Assembly (NCBI RefSeq): GCF_009914755.1
Contig: NC_060927.1
DNA length: 64,000 nt
Source: the human T2T-CHM13v2.0 reference genome, Homo sapiens
Direction: 5' to 3' (one strand)
The position numbers and the translations under genes are program-made. This document shows, in pieces, positions 14,301 to 28,549 of the stretch (its first letter is position 1; every line of letters begins with the position of its first letter). The notes below the pieces were generated by a model. That model was not told the origin of the DNA, ran no database searches, and saw only the letters and a program-made list of their open reading frames with translations.

Positions 14301-17300
14301 AAACCGATCAGACTAACAGAAGATTTCTCAGGAGAAACCTTACAAGCCAGAAGGGATTGGGATCCTATCTTTAGCCTCCTTGAACAAATTAATTTTCAGC
14401 CAAGATTTGTATAGCCAGTAGAACTAAGCTTCATAAATAAAGGAGAGAGAAAGTCTTTTTCAGACAAACAAATGCTGAGGGAATTTGCCACTACGAAACT
14501 AGCACTACAAGAAATGCTAAAAGAACTTCTAAATCTTGAAACAAAAGTTCAATGTGCACCAAAATAGAACCACCTTAAAGCATACATCTCAGAGGGCCTA
14601 TAAAACAATAATACAATGTAAAAAAAGTATCTAGGTAACAAGTAACATGATGAATAGAATAGTACCTCACATCTCAGTATTAACAATGAACGTAAATGGC
14701 CTAGATGCTCCACTTAAAAAATACGGAATAGCAGAATGGATAGAAAACAACCAACCAAATATCTGCTGTCCTCAAGAGACTCACCTAACACATAAGGATT
14801 CAAATAAACTTAAAGGACAGGGGTGAAAAAAGATAATCCATGCAAAAAGAAATGAAAAGCAAGCAGGAATAGCAATTCTTATATGAGACAAAACAGACTT
14901 TAAAGCAACAATAGTAAGAAAAGGCAAAGAAGGACATTATATATTGATGAAAGGATTAGTCCAATGAGAAGACATTACAATCCTAAATACATACGCACCT
15001 AACACTGGAGCTCCCAGATTTATAAAACAATTACTACCAGACTCAAAAAATGAGATAGATAGCAACTCAATGGTAGTGGGGGACTTCAATACTCCCAATA
15101 GACAGATCATCAAGACAGAATGTCAACAAAGAAATGGTGGACTTAAACTATATCCTAGAACAAATGGACTTAACAGGTATTTACAGAACACTCTTCCCAA
15201 CAACTGCAGAATATACATTCTTCTCTTCAGTACATGAAATATTCTCCAAGATGGACCATATGATAGGCCACAAAACAACTCTCAATTAATTTAAGAAAGT
15301 CAAAATCATATGAAGTATCTTCTCAAACCACAGTGGAATAAACCTGGAAATCAACTCTAAAAGGAACCCTCCAAATCAAACAAATACTTGAAAATTAAAT
15401 AATGTGCTCTTGAATGATTAATCAATATGAAAATTTAAAAATTATTTGAAATGAATGATAACAGTGACACAACTTATCAAAACCTCTGGAATACAGCAAA
15501 AGTGGTGCTAAAAGGAAAGTTCATAGCATTAAATGCCTATATCAAAAAGTCTGAAAGAGCACAAATTGATAATCTAATGTCACACCTCAAAAAACTACAG
15601 AAACAGGAACAAATTAAACCCAAACCCAGCAGAAGAAAAGAAATAACAAACATCAGAGTATAACTAAATGAAAGTGAAACAAAAAAGTACAAAAGATAAA
15701 TGAAACAAAAATCTGATTCTTTGAAAAGATAAACAAAATTGATAGGCCATTAGTGAGACTAACCATGAAAAGAAGAGAGAAGATCCAAATAAGCTCAATT
15801 AGCAATGAAACTGGAGACATTACAACCAATACCACAGAAATAAAAAAGATCATTCAGGGCTACTATGAACACCTTTACATGCACAAATCAGGAAATATAG
15901 AGGAAATGGACAAAATCTTGGAAACATACAACTCTCCGAGATCAAATAAGAAATAGAAACTCTGAACAGACCAATAACAAGCAGTAAGACTCAATCAGTA
16001 ATAAAAACACTGCCAACAAAAAGCCAGGACAAGACAGATTCTCAGCTGAATTCTACTAGGCATTCTAAGAAGAATTGGTGTTGATTCTACTGAAACTATC
16101 CCAAAGATAGAGAGAGAGGGAATCATCCCTAATTCATTCTAGGAAACCACTGTCACCCTAATACAAAAACCAGGAAAGGACATAACAAAAAAAGAAAACT
16201 ACAGATTAATAACCCTGATGAATATAGATGGAAAACTTCTCAATAAAATACTAGCTAACCAAATCCAACAGCATATCAAAAAGATAACACATCGTGATAT
16301 GATCATATACGCAGAAAACCTAAAAACTCATCCAAAAAGCTCCTAGATCCAATAAATGGATTCAATAAAGTCTCAGAATACATAATCAATGTACACAAAC
16401 CAGTAGCACTGCTACACACCAAGAATGACCAAGCTGAGAATCAAATCAAGAATGCAACTCTTTTTACAAAGACTGCAAAACAAATAAAATACTTAGGAAT
16501 ATACTTAACCAAGGAAGTGAATGATCTCTGCAAGGAAAACTACCAAACACTGCTGAAAGAAATCAGAGATGACATGCACAAATGGGAACATATCCCATGC
16601 TCATGGATAGGAAGAATCAATATTAAGAAAATGACCATACTATCCAAAGCAATATACAGATTCAATGGAATTTCCATCAAAATATCATCATCATTCTTCA
16701 CAGAATTAGAAAAAAAATCCTAAAATTCATATGGAACAAAAAAAGAGCCCACATAGCCAAAGCAAGGCTAAGCAAAAAGTGTAAATCTGGAGGCATCACA
16801 TTACCAGACTTCAAATTATACTACAAGGCTATAGTTAGCAAACAGCATGTTACTGGTATAAAAATAGGCATGGAGACAATGGAACAGAATAGAGAACCAA
16901 GAAATAAAGCCAAAGACTTACAGCCAACTGATCTTCAACAAAACAAACAAAAACATAAATTGGGGGAAAGGATACACTATTCAATAAACGGTTCTGAGAT
17001 AACTGGCAAGCCACATGTAGAAGAATAAAACTGGATCCCCATCTCTCACCTTAAACAAAAATCAAATCAAGATGGATCAAAGACTTAAATCTAACACCTG
17101 AATCAGAAAAACTCTACTGGACATTGGCTTAGGCAAACAATTCATGACTAAGACCCCAAAACCAAATGCAACGAAAACAAAAATAAATAAATGGGACCTA
17201 ATTAAACTAAAAACCTTCTGCACAGCAATATAAATAATCAGCAGAGTAAACAACAGACAACCCACAGAGTGGGAGAAAATATTCACAAACTATACATCCA

Positions 17301-17839
17301 ACAAAGGACTAGTATCCACAATCTACAAGGAACTCAAAACAAGTCAACAAGAAAAAAACAAATAATCCCATCAAAAAGTGGGCAAAGCACATGAATAGAC
17401 AGTTCTTAAAAGAAGACATAGAAACAACCAGCAAACATATGAAAAATGCTCAACATCACTAATCATCAGGGAAACACAAATTAAAACCATAATGAGATAC
17501 CACCTTACTCCTGCAAGAATGGCCATAATTAAAACGTTTTTTTAAAAAATCCAAAACAATAGATGTTGGTGTGGATGTGGTGAAAAAGGAACATTTTTAC
17601 ACTGCTGATGGGAATGTAAACTAGTACAATCACTATGGAAAACTGTAAGAAGATTACATAAAGAACCAAAAGTAGAACTACCATTTGATCTAGCAATCCC
17701 ACTACTGGGTACCTACCAAAAGGAAAAGAAGTTGTTTTATGAAAATGCATGTTTGTAGCAGCACAATTCACAATTGCAAAGATATGAAACCAACCTAAGT
17801 GCCCATCAACCAACAAGTGGATAAAGAAAATGTGGTATA

Positions 17840-20484
17840 AGATGTACAAAGAAGAGCTGGTACCATTCCTACTGAAACTATTCCAAAAAATTTTAAAGGA
17901 GGAACTCTTCCCTAACCCATTCTATGAGGCCAGCAACATCCTGATACTAAAACCTGGCAGAGATACAACAAAAAAGGAAAACTTCAGGCCAATATCCTTG
18001 ATGAACATCAATGCAAAAATCCTCAACAAAATACTGGCAAACTGAATCCAGCACCACATCAAAAAGCTTAACCACCACAGTGAAGTAGGCTTCATTCCTG
18101 GAATGCAAGGTTGGTTCAACATACGCAAATCAATAAATGTGATTCATTACATAAAGAGAACTAAAGAAAAAAAACAACATGATTATTCTCAATAGATTCA
18201 GAAAAGGCTTTCAATAAAATTCAACATCCCTTCATGCTAAAATCTCTCAATAAACTGGTATTGAAGAAACACACCTCAAAATAGTAAGAGCCATATATGA
18301 CAAACCCACTTCCAATATTATACTAAATGGGCAAAACCTGGAAGCATTTTCCTTGAAAACCAGCACAAGAATGCTCTCTTACAACTCCTATTCAACATAA
18401 TATTGGAAATTCTGGCCAGGACAATCAAGCAAGAGAAAGTAATAAAGGATGTTCAGATAGGAAGAGAGGAAATCAAACTATCCCTGTTTTCAGATGACAT
18501 GATCCTATATCAAGAAAACCCCATTGTCTCATCCCAAAAATTTCTTAAGCTGGTGATCAACTTCAGCAAAGTCTCAGGATACAATTCAATGTGCAAAAAT
18601 CACTAGCATTCCTATACACCAACAACAATCAGGCCAATATCCAAATCACAAATGAACTCCCATTCACAACTGCCACAAAAAGAATAAAATACCTAGGAAT
18701 ACAGCTAACAAGGGAAGTGAAGGATCTCTATAAGGAGAACTACAAACCACTGCTCAAAGAAATCAGAAAGGACACAAACAAATGGAAAAACATTCCATGT
18801 TCATGGATAGGAAGAATCAATACTGTGAAAATGGCCATACTGCCCAAAGCAATTCATACATTCAATGCTATTCCCATGAAACTATAATTTGACGTCCTTC
18901 ACAGAACTAGAAAAAGCTATTTTAAAATTCATATGGAACCAAAAAAGTGCCCAACTAGCCAAGGAGATCCTAAGCAAAAAGAACAAAGCTGCAGGTATCA
19001 TGTTACCTGACTCCAAGCTATACTACAGGGCTATAGTAACCAAAACAGCATGGTATTGGTACAAGAACAGACACATAGACCAATGGAACACAATAGATAA
19101 TTCAGAAATAAGATTGCACACCTACAACCATCTGATGTTTAAGAAACCTGACAAAAACAAGCAATGGGGAAAGGATTCCCTATTTAATAAATGGTGCTGG
19201 GATCACTGGCTAGCCACAAGCAGAAAATTGAAACTGAACCCCTTTCTTATACCACACACAAAAATCAACTCAAGATGGATTAAAGACTTAAATCTAAAAC
19301 CCAAAACTATAAAAACCCTAGAAGAAAACCTAGGCAATACCATTTAGGACATAGGCACTGACAAAGATTTCATGATGAAGATGCCAAAAGTAATTGCAAC
19401 AAAAGCAAAAATTGACAAATCAAATCTAATTAAACTAAAGAGCTTCTGTACAGCAAAAGAAACTATCAACACAGCAAAAAGACAGCCTACAGAATGGGAG
19501 ATAATTTTTGCAAACTATGCATCTGACGAAGGTCTAATATCCAGCATCTATAAGGAGCTTAAACAAATTTACAAAACAAACAAACAACGCCATTAAAAAG
19601 TGGGCAAAGGACATGAACAAACACTTTTCAGAAGAAGGTATACATTCAGCCAACAAGCATATGAAAAGCTCAACATTACTGATTATTAGAGAAATGCAAA
19701 TCAAAACCCCAATGAGATGTCATCTCACGCCCATCACAATGGCTATCACTAAGAAGTCAAAAAATAACAGATGCTGATGAGGTTGTGGAGAAAAAGAAAT
19801 GCTTTTACATTGTTGATGGGAGTGTAAATTAGTTCAACCATTGTGGAAGACAGTGTGGCAATTCCTCAAAGACCTAAAGACAGAAATTCCATTCGACCCA
19901 GCAATTCCATTACTGGGTATATACCCAAAGGAATAGAAATTGTTCTATTATAAAGAAACATGCATGCACTATTCACTTGTTCATGCACATGTTCATTGCT
20001 GCACTATTCACAATAGCCAAGACATGGAATCAACGTAAATGCTCAAAAATGATAGACTGGGTAAAAAAAAGTGATACATATAAAGAAAATGTGATACATA
20101 TACACCATGGAATACTATGCAACCATAAAAAAGAATAAGATCATGTCCTTTGCAGGAACATGGATAGAGCTGGAGGCCATTATCATTAGCAAACTAATGC
20201 AGAAACAGAAAAACAAATACTGCACATTCTTACTTATAAGTGGGAGCTAAATGATGAGAACACATGGACTCATAGAGGGGGAACAAGGCACACTGGGGTC
20301 TACTGGAGGGTGGAGGATGGAAGGAGAGAGAGGATCAGGAAAAATAACTAATGGATGCTAAGTTTAATACCTGGGTGATGAAATAATCTATATAACTAAC
20401 AATGTAACAAACCTGCACATCCTGCACATGTACACCTGAACTTAAAAGTTAAAAAATAAGTAAATAAATAAATGAAATATTTTT
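17840..20484 (+). mobile_element. 5'-truncated L1PA10-13-like element nested in the L1PB
   Basis: Sequence jumps back to RT ([13 protein letters not shown]) at 17840; own 3'UTR (gagaggatcaggaaaaataactaatgg) and A-rich tail; degenerate TSD aagaaaatgtggtata / aagaacaaaatgtata. Confidence 0.88.
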
Positions 20485-20627
20485 AAGAACAAAATGTATA
20501 TATACACTATGGAATACTACTCAGCTATAAAAAGGAACAAAATAATGTCTTTTGCAGCAACTTGGGTGGAGCTGGAGGCCATTATTCTAACTGAAGTAAC
20601 TCAGGAATGGAAAACCAAATATCATAT

Positions 20628-21720
20628 TATCGGGGGAACCAGCTCCCAATATTTCAATGTAGGTTCTATTTTCCCTAAGTGTCGGCCAGTCTGAGAAATA
20701 AAGAGAAAGAATACAAAGAGAGGAATTTTACAGCTGGGCCTCCAGGGGGTGACATCACATATCGGTAAGTCCGTGATGTCCCACCTGAGCCGCAAAACCA
20801 GCAGGTTTTTATTAAGGACTTTAAAAGGGGAGAGGGTGTATGAACAGGGAATAGGTCACAAAGATCACATGCCTTAAAGGGCAATAAAGATGACAAGGCA
20901 AAGGGCAAAGCAAAGATCACAAGGCAAAGGGCAAAATTAGAGTTACTGATGAGGTTCTATGTTCAGCTGTGCACATATTGTCTTGATAAACATCTTAAAC
21001 AACAGAAAACAGGGTTCAAGAGCACAGAACCAGTCTGATCTCAAATTTACTAGGGTGGGATCTTTTCCCCACTCTAATAAGCCTCAGGGTACTGCAGGAG
21101 ACCAGGGCATATTTCTGTCCTTATCTCAACCGCATAAGACAGACACTCCCAAAGTGGCCGTTTATAGACCTCCCCCCAGGAATGCATTCCTTCCCCTGGG
21201 TATTAATTATTAATATTCCTTGCCGGGAAAAGAATTCAGCGATATCTCTCCTACTTGCATGTCTGTTTATAGGCTCTCTGCAAGAAGAAAAATATGGCTC
21301 TATTCTGCCTGACCCCGCAGGCAGTCAGACCTTTGGTTGTCTTCCCTTGTTCCCTAAAATTGCTGTTATTGTATTCATTTCCAAGGTGCACTGATTTCAT
21401 ATTGTTCAAACATGCATGTTTTACAATCAGTTTGTACAATAGTGGTCCTGAGGTGACGTACATTCTCAGCTTACGAAGATAACAGGATTAAGAGATTAAA
21501 GACAGGCATAAGAAATTATAAGAGTATTATTTGGGAACTGATAAATGTCCATGAAATCTTCACAATTTATGTTCAGAGATTGCAGTAAAGACAGGTGTAA
21601 GAAATTATAAAAGTATTAATTTTGGGAACTGATAAATGTCCATGAAATCTTCACAATTTATGTTCCTCTGCCGTGGCTCCAGCCGGTCCCTCCGTTCGGG
21701 GTCCCTGACTTCCCACAACA
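20628..21720 (-). mobile_element. MER11C-like (HERV-K11/HML-8) solo LTR, complete
   Basis: tatcgggggaacc...ggggtccctgacttcccacaaca; internal ~80-bp duplication at 21.5-21.66 kb; perfect 6-bp TSD tcatat (20622-20627, 21721-21726). Confidence 0.92.
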
Positions 21721-22900
21721 TCATATGTTCTCAATTATTAGTGGGAGCTAAACTGTGAGTATGCAAAGGCATAAGAATGATATAATGGATTTTGGGAACT
21801 CAGGAGGAAGGGTGGGAGTGGGGTGAGGAAGGGTGGGAGTGGGGTGAGACTATATATTGGATAGAGTGTACATTGCTCAGGTGATGGGTACACTAAAGTC
21901 TCAGAAATCACCACTTAAGAACCTATCCATGCATCCCAAAACCACCTGTACCCCAAAAACTATTGAAATTTTTTAACAGTAAAGAAAATGGTGGGCATCA
22001 AATCATCAAGTCATCCTTGCAAAACCAGCTCTGATATGTGAAATTGTATAAAAAGGGCTGTGTCACCAATAATACACCATGCTTTCCGCACCCTCAAGAG
22101 TAGAGAAGATTAGTGAGCTGCATACAGCAGAAAGGTTGTAAATACTATAGCCAATAACAAAATATTCACCAACAAGTGTAGTCAGGGTTTTTTATTTGGG
22201 GATTAAGAAGGGGATGGTGTGCTAGAGGCTAACTTTGCCACAGATAACTTTTGTTTTCTTATTTCTAATTTAGTTTTAGCCAAGAATACGTGCCCTGTGT
22301 AATATGAGTTAGGGAAAAGCTGGAAATAATTTGCATATCTAAAAAAAGGAGATTGGCTGAATGAATCATGATTTTAACCAAGTATTGGGATTCGATCCAG
22401 ATATTAAAACTGAAGCTATAGAAAAGCACTCATTAATATCAGTATTTGTGTATGTGTGTTTGTGTGTTCACATAGAAAGGAATTTGGAATCTGGACAATA
22501 AGCTATTTTCTGTGAGTTTTTTCCATTTCTGGGTTAGTAGGATTACGAATATTCTTAATGGGATTTTTTCTTCATTTTCTGCAGAGAATATACTGATTTT
22601 CTAATAAGAAAACAATATAAGAAACTTTAATCAACAAATTATAAACTTTTTTCAGATTTGAAGTTTTGTTGTTTTTATTTTGTTATATGTATTCATATTC
22701 CTTTAATTTCTAATTCACTTTTGTCTGTGATGTCTGCTTGACTTGACAATATTTTCAGATATTTCTATCTGTGATAGGATCATAAAATATATGCCATTGG
22801 TAACCTATTTTTTTATTTAATATTGTAAATATGCTTCTGGGTCAACAAATACATTACTGTATTACCAGCTTAGTGTTATTTATCTAACCAACCTCCCCTT

Positions 22901-22902
<2 letters not shown>

Positions 22903-22950
<48 letters not shown>
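22903..22950 (+). repeat. (GT)24 microsatellite
   Basis: Read directly. Confidence 0.97.
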
Positions 22951-22954
<4 letters not shown>

Positions 22955-22955
<1 letters not shown>

Positions 22956-23285
22956 AAGCAACGAAAGCACAGATTTATGGAAATGAAAGTACACTCCACA
23001 GAGCAGGGGCAGGCTGAAGCAAGCAGCTCAAGGGCACTGGTTACAGAATTTTCTGGGGTTTAAATACCCTCTAGAGGTTTCCCATTGGTTACTTGGTTAT
23101 ACCCTCTATAAATGAAGATTTGGCCCACAACTAGTCTGATTGGTTGCAAGAGTCAACCAATCAGAGGCTAAAGTGAAGTTAACAAAGTTACACATGAAGA
23201 CTTGGCCCACAACCAGTGATTGCTTGTGGGAGGGGACCAATCAAAGGTACTTTCCATTTTTCATCTGTGATGCAGTGGAAAGGGG
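22955..23285 (-). mobile_element. MER51-like ERV1 LTR fragment
   Basis: gaaagtacactccacagag...ggggtttaaataccctctagaggtttcccattggttac; repeated CCAAT boxes. Confidence 0.75.
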
Positions 23286-24791
23286 CCAATCTCCCATTTT
23301 AATGCATAATTCTCACAATTGGCTAAAATGAATTAAGAAATAAAATGTCAAGTTCACAAAAAAAATTAAAATAACTAAGAATGTTAAGTGCCCAGAAAGA
23401 ATGTAAAACTTCCTGAATATTATCAATAGATTTTAAAAATCAGTGATGAGAAATATTCAAATGTAGTAATTTTGTATTTTGATTATATTGTCACTGAAAC
23501 TAATTTACTTTCAAAATTTTCCCAAATTGGCTGGAGCCCAATGGAAGGGAAGCTCCAGCATTTGTAGTGAGGGTAATTGTGGGTAGGAGAAAGGGAGAAG
23601 AAGGCAGACTCGAAAATCTCTGTGGAAGGGGGAGGAGAATTTATAATTTTAATTTGCTTCATCAGTCCTGAAGTAAATAAACCCGTCTTTGGAGAATAAA
23701 GAAAATCTGTAAGTTAAAAATGCAGCACTAAAATCACATTTTATAAGAGACTTGTATCCCTCCTCATCAGATGGGTTCACATGACTTTCCTAAGATATTG
23801 AAAGGTTTTCTATCCGATCTTTGTATGTAATATCTAGAAGTCTGAATCAAAAGGTTACAAAAACTAGGAATGAGCAACGAAATTTAGGGAAAAAAGGCTT
23901 AAAATAACCTTTCAGTACATGAAGAGTCATTAAATGTTGGGTAGTGACCATTTGCTTTGCCTGGCCACTAAACCCAAAAAGAATTTCAAGTCATAAGAGA
24001 AAAACTTCAATTATATGTAGGAACACTAGATTTTTTTTTATTTTCTGGCTATAGAAATGTTCATAGGCCAAAACAGTAAAAATAATTTATAAAGCACCTG
24101 CCTGAGAGTCTTTTTCTCCCTCAGTCTGTTATGAAGATGGTAAAAAATGAAATAGATGAGCACATGTTACAACTTGGCTTCAAGAAAGGACTCAAACTAA
24201 ATGTTCCTTTTCAGGTTTCTCTAATCCTACTGTTTTATGGTCTCTATTAAGAGGACCTTAATGGGAACCAATTAACTGTAAATACAGTGAGGAGTCTGGG
24301 CAATTAAACAAATGGATTATGTTCACCCAGTGATTACACTCCAGTCATCAAATGATTTTCCAGCATTGCCTACTCTGAGTCACAAATACAAATTAAATTC
24401 AGATCCAACAGCCTTGAAATTTCTCATTATACATCAACTGCCATTTGCTTGTCTCTAATGATTTTTTGTAGAAAAAAAAAAGCTGGCATTATAGGTTGAC
24501 ATCACATATTTTGTATTTGTATTCAAGCCAAATAGCACTAGCTTTTAAAATTCAAGTACATAACTAAATAATTATGGTGATTTCACAAAAAAGATAATAC
24601 AATCTCCCAATAATACATAATTATACAAATGCCTTTCTCTAAATATAAAGTCACATAAAAATGTGTATTCCTGCTCCTTAACAGACTAAGAAATAAAAAG
24701 AGACAGTTGAGCAACTTCCATGTAAACATTTGATAGTCTTTATTCAAGGTAGCAGAGACCCTCACAGGAGAATATTCTTACCTCATTCTGA

Positions 24792-25113
<322 letters not shown>

Positions 25114-25468
25114 TATCACATCTATTTTAAAATGATCATTACCTCATCAGCCTGGTATTGCTATTTTGTTTGCAAAGTTGGTACAGGGAGTAGCACCCCA
25201 GAACTACAGGGAGGCAGACAGTCTCTCTGGGCATGACTGGGGGAAAAAATTCTCAACTCAATGTAACTGTGAGGAAAATCTAAAAACAGACTTCAGGGAC
25301 ATCTTTAAAGACTTCCAAATATTCAGCATAGAAGAATTTGTTCAGAGAGCATGGGGGGAAAAATAAGATTTTTTCAGACAATCTGGCATGTACAGACTTT
25401 GAGGCCACCCTACAACCATATCTCTGTTGTGACAGTCAAAGTTGTTTTCATTGTTAACTTGAAGCAGA

Positions 25469-25911
25469 TGTTGTAGGTGTCCTATTAACATCCCCTGACC
25501 CTTACTTCTTGCGAGCACACTGGACTGAATTCCAACCATTTGCAGGTTTGTCTGAGGATTTTCTTTAATCTCATGACTTTCTGTGTCTGCAACATGATGA
25601 GCCTGAAGTGCTGATGAATTACTGTACCCCAGAAACAGACCTTACCCAGTGACTTCAAGAGCAAGTGTATAAATACTGCTCTTTCTCCTTTTGGGTATTC
25701 AAATAAATGGCTCCCAAGTACCTCAACAGATTTGAGTTCTAATTGCCCACAGTGGTAACTTGCCCAAGAAATCCTTTATCTGCTTACTTCCCTACCCTGT
25801 CTCACTTCCCCTACTCTTTTATTCATGTTTCCTAGGATCACCTCCAGAATAAACCACTTGCACTTCAATTCTTTTCTCAGGGTCTGCCTTCAGGGCAACC
25901 CAAACTAAGAG
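25469..25911 (+). mobile_element. LTR16-type ERVL LTR
   Basis: 3' end aataaaccacttgcac...ctcagggtctgccttcagggcaacccaaactaaga. Confidence 0.65.
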
Positions 25912-26544
25912 ACAAGAGAAAGAAACCCAGCAAGGTTAGGCAAATAGGGGACTTTATTGATAGGCTCCTGTAAGTGCAGGAAGAGCAAAGTTGCAGCTGG
26001 GACTTAAGAAAATGGAATCTTGAGCCTGGACATTGCCATCTCTTATTCTAAGTATTGACCTCATGCTGTCAGACTGACTTCCTCCCTGGCTACAACCATG
26101 GCCACCAAAACACTGCTGGGCCTTTTGCCTCCCAGCTTCAACTTTTAACTGAGCCTCAGCTCAACACGTTCTCAAGAAAGAATTCTGAATGGTTAAACTT
26201 GAATCAAGAAAACACTTCTACTTTTAACATTTTGGGCTATAGGGACATGCATACTAGAATTGTTCCACCATGTAAGGCCAAGGAGGCAGGATCTCTAAAG
26301 CAATGGGACTTTTGGCATTGATACTTTTTTGAGTATTCCCAATGTATAAGCCATTTAAACCATGTGCTTGAAGTAAAGGCAGGGAAGAAATATTTTCCTA
26401 AAGAATGAGGCTGTTGCTTCCAGCCTGACAATAGGTAATGTTTATTAAATCCCTGCTATGCTACAGATAATACTATCTACTTATCAATCGATTGATCAAT
26501 CTATTGCCATCCATCCATCCTTCCATCCATCCATCCAACTATCT

Positions 26545-26715
26545 TCTCAATCCTCATAACAACCCTATGTTGTAGAAATTATCATTACTGCCCTCTGCCC
26601 CCATTTCAGGTGAGGAAATTTAGGCCCAGAAAAATTAAGTAGCTTGCCCAAAGTCAAACAGGAAGGTGTAGATCCAGGATTGGGCCCAGGCAATCCAGGT
26701 CTAGAGTCTGCACTA
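26545..26715 (-). mobile_element. MIR
   Basis: aatcctcataacaaccctatg...cccatttcaggtgaggaaatttaggcccaga MIR core. Confidence 0.75.
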
Positions 26716-27988
26716 TGTCCTGTTGGCTCCTAGGGGAAGGGACAGCCACACATCACAGTTGCCCACTGTGCACAGATGCACCCATGTCCACTGGCATCTT
26801 ACTTCTCTCACTGCTGAAGTTCTGAGCATTATTTACTAAATTTATGAAGAAAGTACACTTTGTTATGAAAATTACAGATGAACTCAGAAGAATTAAGGTG
26901 AGGAGGAGCTGAACAGACTGAGAGGCAAATGCTTTACTGAGGAATAGATGTGGCCTTCCTGGAACCCTAGAGTACTAAAATGAAATTGACCAATATATGT
27001 AAAATCTTCAAAACTTAACTGCCAAATGTGAGGATCCTAGAAGTATGCCTTTCAGTGAAAATGAAGGTTTTAAAATGGTTGAGTATTGCCAATGTATCAA
27101 GGTTACATAAAGTTAACATTTTAAAATCTTTATTTTGACATTTTATGATAGGCCATAAAATTGTCACAGTTTAACAGTTTATTGTCTTGTTTTAAAATGT
27201 TTTAAAGGATTTTTTTAAAATCCTTCTCCAAAGAGACGCTTGAATTTCAAAATATTGGCCTTCTAACTAATATTCTACTATTTTAGAGAAAACAATTTCT
27301 GGCACTTCAAAGGAAGGTTTTCTTGTGTTAGCATCGTGTCATTACTTCTAGGGTTGTTATGAACAGTCTGAAATGCCAAGATAAAAAAGTTAATAATTAA
27401 AATTAAATATAAAAATTAATAAAGTACTAATAGCTAAATGAGTTAAGAAATAAATTGATGTAAAGGGATATATGACTGGTAAGGTCACTTGGAGTAACTC
27501 ATTCACAAGAATAAGACAAATTAAATGTAGCCCTGCAAAATAATGAAAATGTTTATTTAATTCTTTTGCCCCTAATATGGTAATTTCACTTTCATATTTC
27601 CCCATTGTTTGAATCCTCTGACTTCTCCACTCTTTCCATTATATGTTTACCCTCATCACCTTGCTATCTTTTCTCTTCTTTCCTTTTGATTTCTTGTGAC
27701 CATTTTATCCGTCAACCAGACTCCCTTCTATACATATACTGTCATAATGTCTGAATTCGAGGAAAATATATCTGTTTATAAAATTCTTAGTTAGTGCATA
27801 GAATATGGCACATTTATTACATAGAAAACAGAGCATCCACCCCAGCCCCAATGGCCTTTCCCTCGAGTTCTGCAGCTCTGTGCTGGGAGGTCCCTGTTCT
27901 ACCCTACTTTCTATATTATCCTGGAGACTCATTACAAGCATCATAGGGTTTTCTAACCCTTTAATCTTCTACACTTGACTGACACCAT

Positions 27989-27990
<2 letters not shown>

Positions 27991-28026
<36 letters not shown>
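27991..28026 (+). repeat. (GT)18 microsatellite
   Basis: Read directly. Confidence 0.97.
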
Positions 28027-28027
<1 letters not shown>

Positions 28028-28549
28028 TGTGTGTCCGTGTCCCCAAATTAAATTGAATTCTTCTAGTGGTAAAGAACTAAGTCATCTGCTCCTGTGAAGT
28101 AAATATTGGAATATCCACTTGAGGGACAGATAAAATGATGAATACACATCTCTCCTTCCCTTTTCCCAGTTTCATTCCACAGATATTCCCCCAAAAAAAC
28201 CGCATTTCCATCAAGTAACTGTCAGGCTGAGAGATACCCTGTGGCTTTACAATGCCAAGAGGAAAATTCTAGGTCTTCCAGTGTCACAGCACAAACTCAA
28301 CCCAGCCAAACTATAGCTCCTGCTTTTCACCAAATACGCTGAGCCTATTCAGAATTGAACTGAAAGATTTAATTTTCACAATTCAAAAAGACACTCTGGA
28401 GATACACCAAAAGTTTGGAGGCACAGAGAAATAAAACACCTATTTTACAGAAGAATTAAAGGCATTGAACATCCCCTAGCAGGGATGTGGCCCTATTCTA
28501 CTAGTTGCCCAGTCCACTGTTATGCTGGGCCAAGCCCTGAAGTTTCTTA

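Larger units (their letters stand above)
12799..21982 (+). mobile_element. L1PB, near full length, inactive, with two nested insertions
   Basis: 19-bp TSD agaaaatggagggcatcaa (12780-12798) / agaaaatggtgggcatcaa (21983-22001); ORF1 start about 13572, ORF2 start about 14650, many stops; L1PB-type 3' end. Confidence 0.92.

Noticed and set aside
17830-19596. Run of RT-like ORFs suggesting an active retroelement
   Set aside because: 5'-truncated L1PA with several stops and frameshifts, no promoter and no ORF1.
21498-21665. ~80-bp tandem repeat, superficially array-like
   Set aside because: Internal duplication that is part of the MER11 LTR; two units only; not CRISPR.
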